Below the pieces are notes generated by a model. The model saw only the letters and a program-made list of their open reading frames with translations, ran no database searches and was not told the DNA's origin. A stretch of 64,000 bases of DNA, taken from positions 10,409 through 74,408 of IMG/VR virus record IMGVR_UViG_3300023174_000145; one strand, given 5' to 3'. Source of the DNA: a virus. The translations under genes were made by a program, and so were the position numbers. Of this stretch, positions 46,232 through 55,590 are shown in pieces (the stretch's first letter is position 1; every line of letters starts with the position of its first letter).

Positions 46232-46630
46232 TTATTCACCATTTTCAAAAGCATATACTTCTGCTGGTGTAGCCTCCCTGACCTCATTTGATTCTGCTTT
46301 CAAGATTTCTCTTGCAAGATCTGCATCTACAAGAATAAAAGGCTCATCCATATCAAAATGTAGGTTTCCTACTTGTAGTGCTGCTCTTTTATGTACCATA
46401 GTTAGCCAAACATTATCTTTTAGGCTATCTTCTTTTGCCACCTTAATTTCCTCTTTTTCCTTGTTTGTAAAGTTTGTTAGTGATTGAGAAGAGTTTTCAT
46501 AATCTTCCCAACTAATACCAGCCTCTTTAATAACATCAATTATATCCTGTTTTCTTGCATTTTTTGTATATTCAATGTCAAAAGCCTGACACAAATCTTT
46601 TAATTCTGTAATTGTTTTTGTATTTAACAC
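46232..46630 (-). CDS. Rho-N/HeH-like small protein
   Basis: KTITELKDLCQAFDI...RKQDIIDVI. Confidence 0.55.
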   Translation of the reverse strand: MLNTKTITELKDLCQAFDIEYTKNARKQDIIDVIKEAGISWEDYENSSQSLTNFTNKEKEEIKVAKEDSLKDNVWLTMVHKRAALQVGNLHFDMDEPFILVDADLAREILKAESNEVREATPAEVYAFENGE

Positions 46631-46660
46631 AAATCCTCCTATCTATTTATTATACACTAA

Positions 46661-46698
46661 AAAGTAAATAAGGGTCGCATTGCTGCGACCCTTATTTT
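46661..46698 (-). terminator. Terminator after the major capsid gene
   Basis: AAATAAGGGTCGCA / TGCGACCCTTATTT stem, followed on the minus strand by ACTTTTT. Confidence 0.75.
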
Positions 46699-46709
46699 AA
46701 ATTGTCCTA

Positions 46710-47759
46710 TTAGGAAGACAACTGCTTGCCGTAGGCAATAGCTGACTTCTCTTCCAAAGCAAGACCCATACGGACATACACTGTGTATTCCAATGAATCT
46801 TTGCGAGGAACGAAGAACTTGTGTACAGTAACGTCTCTCTGGAAACCCCAAATTCTGTTCTGTGGCAACGTAATGTCTACGAAACCATCTGGATACAATG
46901 GAACTTCCTGAATTGGAAGACCAAATACAGAATACTGAGCACCTGCTGGACCACCAACACGAGGAGTTACGCCATCAAGAACACGAGTAGCAACTTCGTA
47001 AGGAACAGACTTTGTAGCCTGATTTACTGTGCGAAGTTCTGTCAATAGTTCCTGAATATGCTTGCTGTTCATATAAACCTTCAGCTGATCACGCTTTGCC
47101 TTGAACTTACGAGGCAATGCGTTGTAGATTGCTTCAAGTGCATCTAGGCTGAACTTGGTTGTACCTGCAGAGGCACTGTTCCAAATACCAGTCATTGTTG
47201 CAGAAGCTGCAGCAGCTTCGTGACCTGTAGCACTTACGTCAAGAGTCTGACGGTAGAAACCATCAATCGTATTGTCATAGGTACCAGCTCCATTATTACC
47301 AGCTCGACCATTAATAGCAATGTCCTCAAGATCGTTACCAAACTGAGTAGCCATCAAGCGTACAACGTGATCCTCAAGGGAGCCGCCTTCAATTGAATCT
47401 TCTAGAGATTCTGTTGAAAGTTCGTAATCTAGACGGAACTTTGTTGTTACAAGGTTAATCTTTGTAAAGATTGCAGCTCTATTAGTTGCTGTGTTTTCTG
47501 CCTGTGAAGCAACAGATGTAAGTCTTGTACCAACACGAATCTTGTCAAGTTCCATTGTGTTTCCACGCATAATAACTTTACGACCATCATTAGCCAAAAC
47601 CATCTGATCAAAAACATAATCAATAAACTGTGCTGACTGTGTTGGGTTAAGAACACCACCGTTTGAGTTAGTATCACCCTGCGACAACATTGCGCCTGGA
47701 GATGTTAGTGGAGAAATAACTGTGCCACTAGCAGCAGCTTTATTTAAAATATCACTCAT
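46710..47759 (-). CDS. Major capsid protein (HK97-fold)
   Basis: GGVLNP.Q...FID, LDYELSTESLED.IEG, FGNDLED.AING, N.IWGFQRDV; follows protease/scaffold; likely start MSDIL. Confidence 0.9.
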   Translation of the reverse strand: MSDILNKAAASGTVISPLTSPGAMLSQGDTNSNGGVLNPTQSAQFIDYVFDQMVLANDGRKVIMRGNTMELDKIRVGTRLTSVASQAENTATNRAAIFTKINLVTTKFRLDYELSTESLEDSIEGGSLEDHVVRLMATQFGNDLEDIAINGRAGNNGAGTYDNTIDGFYRQTLDVSATGHEAAAASATMTGIWNSASAGTTKFSLDALEAIYNALPRKFKAKRDQLKVYMNSKHIQELLTELRTVNQATKSVPYEVATRVLDGVTPRVGGPAGAQYSVFGLPIQEVPLYPDGFVDITLPQNRIWGFQRDVTVHKFFVPRKDSLEYTVYVRMGLALEEKSAIAYGKQLSS

Positions 47760-47791
47760 TTTTATTTTCACCTACCTTTTCTTTTTTTATT

Positions 47792-49531
47792 TTAGTTTAA
47801 GTATTGAGCGGAGCCGAGGAAGCGTCCCCCCCATAGAGATTCTGATTTCTCTATAGTTGTTTCTGAAGAACCGTCAAGCTCTCCAGACTTTTTAACAGCA
47901 GTATCATTTTCTACTGATTCAAGTCTTCCATTAACCTGAGTCAGAGCAGTAACAATATCTGCCAAACCTTTGTTTAACTCTTCATAACGATTTTCTGTTT
48001 CTGTTAGTTTATCTGTAAGAGCTTTTGTAACTTCTGCCAATGTATTTGCAACATTAGATACAGCCTCAACATTAGCATCAGCATTCTTTACGAGTGCCTC
48101 GCCAACAAAATTTTTGATTTCGTTTAGTGTTTTTTCAAGGTCAGTCGCTTCACCTGAATCGGTGGAAGCGTCAACTGCTTCTGCAGTTTCTTCGACTGTT
48201 TCTTCGTTAACTTCTACTGCAGCCTCTTCTGCAGGAGCCTCTGCTGGAACTTCATCAGCTGCCTCTACAGCAACCTCTTCTGCCTCAACAACTTCGTCAA
48301 CAATTACTTCTTCTACTACTTCTGTAGCCTCTGTGTTGTCAGTCATTTCAACACCTCCTTCATTATTTTGGGTGGCAACCGACATATCCTTGTTAATTGC
48401 CATATCTACTGAATCATTGTCCAGTAAAATCTCTGTATCTGATGGAATAAAGAATTTTTTAACTCTAGTAGACCATCCCTTCAAACTGCTCATTTTATGT
48501 CCTACAAGTGTTTGTGATGGTTTCCAAGAATCTCCATCTTTTTGATAAACTCTGATAACAACGGCTGGATCTTCTTTAGTTCCAGTTACAGTAAAATCAG
48601 AGTTTGGTACTTTAATTTTACCATTAGTTATTACTCTTGTTATCTTTCCTCTTGCTGTACCGCCAGAAGATCCCCACTGTACATAATCTCCAACACCATA
48701 TGATGCCTTAGTAGCAAGAGTTTCTGGTGTTTTTCTTTTAGGATTTTGTTTTGGATATCTATTAATTGTTTCTTCATTTGTAATAGTTCCAGCATTATCT
48801 GCCTTTTTAATAGCATCAACTAATTCTGATATTGCTTTTTCAATATCTGCTTTTTCAATCTCATCTACCCATCCGACAGCAACCAAATCATTATTACAAT
48901 TAACACAAGTATATTTATCTTCAGTAGATGTAAATGCAATATCATCTTCTTCACACCAGAATACATTTTGAATGTGTGATTTATTAAAAATACCAGTCGC
49001 TACATCGCCATCAATAGTCTTTTGAATAGAAAAAATATTAGCAAGTTGATTTGCTGGAGAATCGACAAGGGATAGTTCAACCAAGTCATATTCTTTAATT
49101 ACACGAACTGTTTTATTTAAATCTTCGTCAAACTCGTTTTCTGCATCTTTTACAGCACCACCGATTGAAAAACCAGTAAGTGTTCCATCTAAAACCATTT
49201 CCCAAATGTCAGATGCACCCTTAGAAATATATGCATCTACATAAACACCATTATATGTTTTCTGAGTTTGTGTATCAAAAAATGAATCTGTCCTAAATGA
49301 AACTATTTTACCAGCGGGAATTGGCTGATGCATCAATCTTACATTACCACGAAAATTAGCAAATGCTTTTTCTGATGCAGATGATTCTACACGATCTCCT
49401 TGACGATCAATATTATCAAGAGTAGCAAACCCAGAAACAATACGTTTTTCAGCATCAACCTTAGAAATTGGCATTGTCAATGTTACTTGATTGCCGTTAG
49501 TTAATAGGGATGCCTTTTGTATATTTAACAT
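47792..49531 (-). CDS. Prohead protease fused to a zinc finger, a Tudor-like insert and an acidic scaffold
   Basis: VSGFATLDNIDRQGD, MH, GFSIGG, ELSLVDSPAN (HK97-type protease); Glu/Ala-rich and coiled-coil C-half. Confidence 0.88.
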   Translation of the reverse strand: MLNIQKASLLTNGNQVTLTMPISKVDAEKRIVSGFATLDNIDRQGDRVESSASEKAFANFRGNVRLMHQPIPAGKIVSFRTDSFFDTQTQKTYNGVYVDAYISKGASDIWEMVLDGTLTGFSIGGAVKDAENEFDEDLNKTVRVIKEYDLVELSLVDSPANQLANIFSIQKTIDGDVATGIFNKSHIQNVFWCEEDDIAFTSTEDKYTCVNCNNDLVAVGWVDEIEKADIEKAISELVDAIKKADNAGTITNEETINRYPKQNPKRKTPETLATKASYGVGDYVQWGSSGGTARGKITRVITNGKIKVPNSDFTVTGTKEDPAVVIRVYQKDGDSWKPSQTLVGHKMSSLKGWSTRVKKFFIPSDTEILLDNDSVDMAINKDMSVATQNNEGGVEMTDNTEATEVVEEVIVDEVVEAEEVAVEAADEVPAEAPAEEAAVEVNEETVEETAEAVDASTDSGEATDLEKTLNEIKNFVGEALVKNADANVEAVSNVANTLAEVTKALTDKLTETENRYEELNKGLADIVTALTQVNGRLESVENDTAVKKSGELDGSSETTIEKSESLWGGRFLGSAQYLN

Positions 49532-49560
49532 AACATTTTAATTATACAATATTTCTTATA

Positions 49561-51171
49561 TTAGGCTTGTTGTCTACCTTCGCCTTGAGGATTTCTTTGT
49601 CCAGTTTCACCATCACCAGCATTTGCTTGTCTTTGTTGATCACGTTGTCTATTACCAGTAGCTTGAGCAGTTTGATCCGCTGCTTGCTGACCAGTAAGTT
49701 TAACTGGTGTATCTCCACTTGGAATTGGTGGAAGTCCTAATCTAGTTCTAACTTCATTTGGAAGTAATACCTGCATACGAAGATATCTTTCATCAATCTT
49801 TGATTGAGTATCTTCATCTGTAAGAGTAAGTTCATTAAATACAAGTCTGAAAAGATCAGTTTTTTCAGCAATAATTCCACTAATTTTCTTCTGTAAAACA
49901 TCTTGTGCAGGTCTAGTAACTTGTTCCTTAAATGTTTTATCTGCATCTTTAGCAGCGGCAAGTGAAATACCTTCGGCACTACCGATTTTTGATTGTGGAA
50001 CACGGTGAGCCATAAGGATTTCTTCTCTATTTGATTTACGATATTTATCAAAAGAGCCTTCTTGAACCTTATCTTCTACTGCTTCCATCTTAACTTCTAC
50101 CTTGCTACCAGCCTCATCTCCAGGAAGCGGAACAACAAGCGTTCTATGGCTTTGACCACGAAGATTATTTTGGAAAAACTCAAATAGTTTTGCTTCTGCA
50201 TCTCTGCTTAATTTAGCACCCTTAACCCAGAAAATATATCTAGGAGTTGCTTTATTTTCAAAATATTCAAGATTATATTTAGCTGCATATTCATTACCAG
50301 CCATAGCGTTTTGTGCAGTAACAATAGCAGGAATACCATAATAAGTATTTGTTGGAGTGTAATTATAAATATGAATAATCTCATTTGGACGAGGATCTGC
50401 ACCTATTGGTGCTGGAATATCTTCTTCATCGTGAAAGTTTTTAAAGAAAGCAAACTTGCCACCCACTAGTTGAACAAAACCATCACGAAGTCTTCTTACA
50501 CGCATAGTTGCCGCTGGAATGTGACCAATATAACCAATCTCTCCAGTAGTTTTTCTACCGATTTCAATATATCCATTTCCAGTAGACTCTAAATCAAGAT
50601 ACACTTTTGTTAAAGTAGCAGTAAAGGTATCATCATCATTTCTACTATCAAGCCATTCAAGAACTTCTTCTTTTGCGCCTTCAAGTTTACGTCTTACCTT
50701 TGCAACCTTTTCCTGATCACCCATAGATTCAAGTTTTTGTTTTACTGGCAAAGTATATTCTAGACTATATCCAAGACCAACAATGTTTGCTACTTTTGCA
50801 TTAATAGCAGCGTAATTAGTTGATGAAACCTCATAAATTTTTGCCAAAGAAACTGGATTATATGGAGGTTCAATAACATCAAAAAGACCATAACCAAACT
50901 GTAATGGGATTAACTGTTTTGATTCTGCATCATCTCCACCAATACCATTTGTTGGAGGAATAAACTTTGGAGAAGGACCAACCTGTCCAGCTTTTTCTAG
51001 TTTTCTTTTAATATTTCTTTTAAAGTTTTGACCAATGCCACGATATTTTAAAAGCTCTTCTGTTGGTTTTTTAAATTCATCTTCAAACTCAAAAGATGAA
51101 CTATCTCTTGATGTTCCAAGACCTATATCTCTACCAGAAATTATATATTCGTTTTCTTCAGAATTATCCAT
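49561..51171 (-). CDS. Portal protein
   Basis: GNGYIEIGR, HIPA.TMR, NEIIH, YYGIP, YFEN.ATP, I.MAHRVP, PNEVR; likely start MDNSEE. Confidence 0.9.
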   Translation of the reverse strand: MDNSEENEYIISGRDIGLGTSRDSSSFEFEDEFKKPTEELLKYRGIGQNFKRNIKRKLEKAGQVGPSPKFIPPTNGIGGDDAESKQLIPLQFGYGLFDVIEPPYNPVSLAKIYEVSSTNYAAINAKVANIVGLGYSLEYTLPVKQKLESMGDQEKVAKVRRKLEGAKEEVLEWLDSRNDDDTFTATLTKVYLDLESTGNGYIEIGRKTTGEIGYIGHIPAATMRVRRLRDGFVQLVGGKFAFFKNFHDEEDIPAPIGADPRPNEIIHIYNYTPTNTYYGIPAIVTAQNAMAGNEYAAKYNLEYFENKATPRYIFWVKGAKLSRDAEAKLFEFFQNNLRGQSHRTLVVPLPGDEAGSKVEVKMEAVEDKVQEGSFDKYRKSNREEILMAHRVPQSKIGSAEGISLAAAKDADKTFKEQVTRPAQDVLQKKISGIIAEKTDLFRLVFNELTLTDEDTQSKIDERYLRMQVLLPNEVRTRLGLPPIPSGDTPVKLTGQQAADQTAQATGNRQRDQQRQANAGDGETGQRNPQGEGRQQA

Positions 51172-51502
51172 TCTTACGCTCATTTGCAAATAGTTCCTTC
51201 CAGTTTCCAAGATCTCCATATGGAGTTAGACCTTCAGCCATACGATCAATATCTTCTCTAGCCTGACTATCTGTTGCTCTACCAACACCAGCCATAAATA
51301 CCGCTTCTCCTTCAGGTTGTCCCCAGTATCTAGCAGCCTCTGTTATAATTTTAATTTTTTCTAAATCATATTTCATAGATGGAATATTTAAGGTATTACC
51401 ATCATCGTCCATAAATAATTGTCCATTTGGCAACTTCCAGACATAAAGCCCAAAACTTGAACCATCTTCGACCACACTTAAGCCATTTTTACGTTTTTCC
51501 AT
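51164..51502 (-). CDS. Conserved hypothetical protein
   Basis: GLYVW..P.G...DDDGN.LNIPS; upstream of the portal gene. Confidence 0.7.
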   Translation of the reverse strand: MEKRKNGLSVVEDGSSFGLYVWKLPNGQLFMDDDGNTLNIPSMKYDLEKIKIITEAARYWGQPEGEAVFMAGVGRATDSQAREDIDRMAEGLTPYGDLGNWKELFANERKNG

Positions 51503-51519
51503 ACCACTATGATACCATT

Positions 51520-54500
51520 TTATAGTTCTTTAACTATAGTTGCAGAAACTTTTGGATCTAAATACAATGTAGCTTTTTCGAATAAAAATGTAGAATTTGG
51601 CTTAGTCAATTTATATCCTTCTGAAATATAGTCATTATTATTTTCAATAAATACATAATTTATATAATTATTTAATTCTTCTTTTGTCAGAGTAATTATT
51701 TTTTGCTTTGTATTTTGATCATAATCTTCTTCTATTTCAGATTGGATTTTATATAAATATTTTAACTTTGAAGTGTCTGAAAAATCTTCAGATACTAAAA
51801 AATAATCTTCTTTTTTTAAATAAGAATCATTTATTTTTAAATATTGTTCATTTTCTATATTCTCATCATCTCTAAAGTTAATAATATCTCCCATTTTTAC
51901 GTTAATAACATCGCTTAATGTTACTATTGGATGACTTTTAAAAATTATTTTGTTTTTTGATGGTATTGTTTCAAAATTCGTTTTATTAAATGAGACGGTA
52001 ACTTTTTTAGTTCCAGAAACAATTCTTGTAACTTTTGCATTAGTAAAATTAAAGCCACTAACGGTAACTGATTGACCAACTTCTATATTTGTTACATTAT
52101 TAAGTGTAAAGACAATATTATTTGCTTTCTTTTTTCCATTAATAGCTGATGTTGTTGTTTTTGTAGTTATTAATTGTTCTATTTCTGTAACATATAATGG
52201 GTCATCTAATATTGTAGTAATTTGATTATTATTGTCAATAGTAGATATTGAGTATATATAAGAGCCATCATTTGAGCCGATTGCCGTATTCTTATTTAAT
52301 TTATCAACGCTAGAAACAGTTATTTGGTTTGTTGTTGATGCTTTTATAGATGTTAAATCTTTATTTAATGTTGGAGTATAATTTAAAGTTATTGTTTTAG
52401 GTGTTGATCCATCTATTAATTTATCATACCAATATTTACTTGCTGTATCTGTTGCTTTTGAATCTATAATATTTGAAAATTGAATTTCTTCTTTATATAT
52501 TGTTTCTTTATTTGAATCAATTATTGTTATTCCAAAATCTTCAACCTTTACTGATGGACTATCAGTTAATAAATTATAAAGATTAGTTACATTATTTACT
52601 GTAAATTTTTTATCAAATATCATTAATTGATCAACATAAAACTCTGATGTTCCAGAAACATTTCCCAATATAATATCTTTAGGAGTTGAGTCTGTAATGT
52701 ATACTGGATCAGTAAATACAAAAATTATATTGTTCCAACTATTTGTTTTAATTGTTGACCCAGCAACACCATTTATATATATTGTTGCTCCAGATAGAGA
52801 CAGAGTATTTGATGATAATGACATTTGATTTCCGCCAACACTAATAATACTTGCTGATGTAGTTGTAGATGGAATATATAACATAAATGAAATTGTTTGT
52901 ATTCCAGAAGCTATAGACATAATTCCTTTATATTCTTCATTATTTGTATATGAAGAAAATGTTGAAGAATTTGATGTTGGAATACAAATTGTATTGTCGC
53001 CTGAATAATAATAATAAGATCCATTATAAAGTACCGCATTATTTGTTGAATACTTAGAACTATTACTCCAAGTTGATTTATAATTATAAGATGTAATTTG
53101 TTGCCATTGAATTGGAATCGTAGGTGGTATCTGAGTTACATATGCACTTGGAAATGGTGGTCCCCAAGGATATCCTGTTTTTTTGTAAAAGCTATTACTA
53201 AAATAAACAATATCATTTGTATTATAATATGTTCCACTAACCCAAGTATAATCTGTAATTTTATTCCATTGCCTAGTTTGTAAAGATGGGTTTAGATCAA
53301 TAGTTACAGGGGTAGAAAAATTCCATTGAGTGTCATAATTATTGCTATTATTATAAACTTGAGATACAACTACTTTATCTCCATTAGAAAAATTATTTTC
53401 ATTAAGTGTATAATAAAGAGTAGAGCCAGTTTTTGTTGCAGAATTTATTGTTTGAATTATACTTGGAAAAGTATAGTCTTGTGTTATTTTTACATAAGAA
53501 TCTTTAATTTTTAATCCACTAGAATATCCATTATAAAAAAATGGAAACTCTGTTATATCTGGAGTTGAATACTCATTATTTCTATAATATATTTTTGCTG
53601 GATTTCCTCCAGGAGAAACATTACAAGTTAAATATTTATCGGTACCTTCTTCAATTACTGGATAACTAAATAATCTAAAATAATCTAAAATAGGTGGAGT
53701 TTTAACTAAATCATTTGTACTTAAATTAAAATTAAATGTGATAACATCAGATTGATCAATAGATGTTGACGGATAGATAATATTTTGTTTATTTAACCAA
53801 GATCCAGAAGTTATTATTCTATCATTCAATGTCTGTTCTTCTAAAAATTTTGGTAATTGCTCTATTCCATCAATATATGTGCTTCCAGAAATGCTTGTAG
53901 TTACGCTAGTACTTCCTAAAGGATTTCCTATTTCAATTCTACTAGCACCAGTATATTGAAGATTGGATGATTCTACTAAAGCTGATAACGGAATATTTAT
54001 TTGTGCGGTAGCAAAAGATTGTATATTAAATCTTTTTTCTAAATAATTTGGAGTAACTGTATAGTAGTGTTTAAACGATGACCCTTCAATACTTGAAAAT
54101 GTTGAATAGTAAGATAAATTATCTTTATGAATAGCAATAATTTTTGACATATTAAAACCAATATAATCATTACTGCTTAAAGATTTTGTAGTTTCGCTAT
54201 TATTAAATGACCAAGAGTTTGTAGATCCAATACGAATAAATGGAGAATTAAACTGAAAATTTATTTCTTGCGTTGATGTATTTTTAATATTACTTGTTTG
54301 ACTTAAATAAAAAGTATCTATAAATCTATCATTTTTTATATAAAAACCAACATAAAAATTATCAGCAAGGGTTCCATAAGATATACTTGATATTTCTGTT
54401 TTAGATTCTAAATAAATATAATAAACTTTTATAGATGAATTAGTTATTGTAAAAGATAACTGCTCATCTGAATTATTAGATAATAAAGAAAATAATGGCT

Positions 54501-55575
54501 TTTCTTGATTACTTGTTATAGTTATATTATTTTTATTAAACTTAAAAGCCCAGCCACCATCTATAACTGGAATAATTGAAGATGTATTCTCTATCAACAT
54601 ATAATAATCATTACTAAATGAAACATAGTTTCCAGACTTAAATATAGATTCTATTTTAGAATAATAATCATTCTTTTGAGAAAAATATAAAGATGGCTCT
54701 GGATAATTCTTTATTGTAATCTGATTATTAATAGAAACACAATTATTTGAATCTGTTATAGACCAAGGATTTGTACCACCAAAATCAAAAGACTTTATAA
54801 ATTGATGATCTTGCATAGAAAAATTATAATATACTCCATTATTTCTATCAAAAAATTCCGAAGGAATACTATATCCTATGCCATATACAAAATGTCTAAG
54901 AGCTTGTTCTCTTGTAAGAACATATGAATATAAAGCTATACTATCTATTTGAAAAATATCTATACCACTTGGTTTTTGAAAAATAAATGGATTTGTAACA
55001 TAATCTAAACTAAAGTAACTTTTATAATTATATAACTTTTCTGTAGATTTTATTCCATTAACAATAAGTGTTATTTCAGACTTTGAATAACCAGCAACTA
55101 TATGTATTGGCTTATTTACTGAATCTATATGAACAGCTACACTTTGTTTTTTAGTAGTTGTACCAATACTATAAATAATATAATCATTAATTATTGATAT
55201 TTTTACTTCTGGATTTGTTTGATCACCCTTATACATAATTACTTGTTCTGTAGGTGATGTTTTTTCTATTTTAATCCAAAATTCAAGAGATGATGAGTTT
55301 CCACAATCTTTTAAAGACATTTTATCTAAAGATGGAATAGATATTGTGGCAGAATTTAATAATTTAATTGAAGATTTTTCTCCAAAAACTATTGGAAATT
55401 TTATGCTCTGAATATCTCCAGAATCTGTAATAGATGTTGAATATGTGCCATTATAAATTCTTGATCCAGTTGCATCAACTATGAATTTATCACTCATTGC
55501 CACATTTCCAGATGTATCATCTAGTGACCAAAATATAGCTGGACTATCTTTTTGAATTAATGTTGAATATGACAT
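51520..55575 (-). CDS. LamG/concanavalin-like virion protein with putative carbohydrate-binding repeats
   Basis: MSY...I.KD.P..FW.LDD, SLEFWI, IDSIALY..VL; two W...Y..ND.V.(Y/F)N..Y repeats. Confidence 0.7.
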   Translation of the reverse strand: MSYSTLIQKDSPAIFWSLDDTSGNVAMSDKFIVDATGSRIYNGTYSTSITDSGDIQSIKFPIVFGEKSSIKLLNSATISIPSLDKMSLKDCGNSSSLEFWIKIEKTSPTEQVIMYKGDQTNPEVKISIINDYIIYSIGTTTKKQSVAVHIDSVNKPIHIVAGYSKSEITLIVNGIKSTEKLYNYKSYFSLDYVTNPFIFQKPSGIDIFQIDSIALYSYVLTREQALRHFVYGIGYSIPSEFFDRNNGVYYNFSMQDHQFIKSFDFGGTNPWSITDSNNCVSINNQITIKNYPEPSLYFSQKNDYYSKIESIFKSGNYVSFSNDYYMLIENTSSIIPVIDGGWAFKFNKNNITITSNQEKPLFSLLSNNSDEQLSFTITNSSIKVYYIYLESKTEISSISYGTLADNFYVGFYIKNDRFIDTFYLSQTSNIKNTSTQEINFQFNSPFIRIGSTNSWSFNNSETTKSLSSNDYIGFNMSKIIAIHKDNLSYYSTFSSIEGSSFKHYYTVTPNYLEKRFNIQSFATAQINIPLSALVESSNLQYTGASRIEIGNPLGSTSVTTSISGSTYIDGIEQLPKFLEEQTLNDRIITSGSWLNKQNIIYPSTSIDQSDVITFNFNLSTNDLVKTPPILDYFRLFSYPVIEEGTDKYLTCNVSPGGNPAKIYYRNNEYSTPDITEFPFFYNGYSSGLKIKDSYVKITQDYTFPSIIQTINSATKTGSTLYYTLNENNFSNGDKVVVSQVYNNSNNYDTQWNFSTPVTIDLNPSLQTRQWNKITDYTWVSGTYYNTNDIVYFSNSFYKKTGYPWGPPFPSAYVTQIPPTIPIQWQQITSYNYKSTWSNSSKYSTNNAVLYNGSYYYYSGDNTICIPTSNSSTFSSYTNNEEYKGIMSIASGIQTISFMLYIPSTTTSASIISVGGNQMSLSSNTLSLSGATIYINGVAGSTIKTNSWNNIIFVFTDPVYITDSTPKDIILGNVSGTSEFYVDQLMIFDKKFTVNNVTNLYNLLTDSPSVKVEDFGITIIDSNKETIYKEEIQFSNIIDSKATDTASKYWYDKLIDGSTPKTITLNYTPTLNKDLTSIKASTTNQITVSSVDKLNKNTAIGSNDGSYIYSISTIDNNNQITTILDDPLYVTEIEQLITTKTTTSAINGKKKANNIVFTLNNVTNIEVGQSVTVSGFNFTNAKVTRIVSGTKKVTVSFNKTNFETIPSKNKIIFKSHPIVTLSDVINVKMGDIINFRDDENIENEQYLKINDSYLKKEDYFLVSEDFSDTSKLKYLYKIQSEIEEDYDQNTKQKIITLTKEELNNYINYVFIENNNDYISEGYKLTKPNSTFLFEKATLYLDPKVSATIVKEL

Positions 55576-55590
55576 ATGACCTCAATTATA

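Noticed and set aside
47792-47840. LWGGRF at the scaffold C-terminus resembling the TMP GGR linker
   Set aside because: Only three residues are shared; too weak to claim a common protease site.
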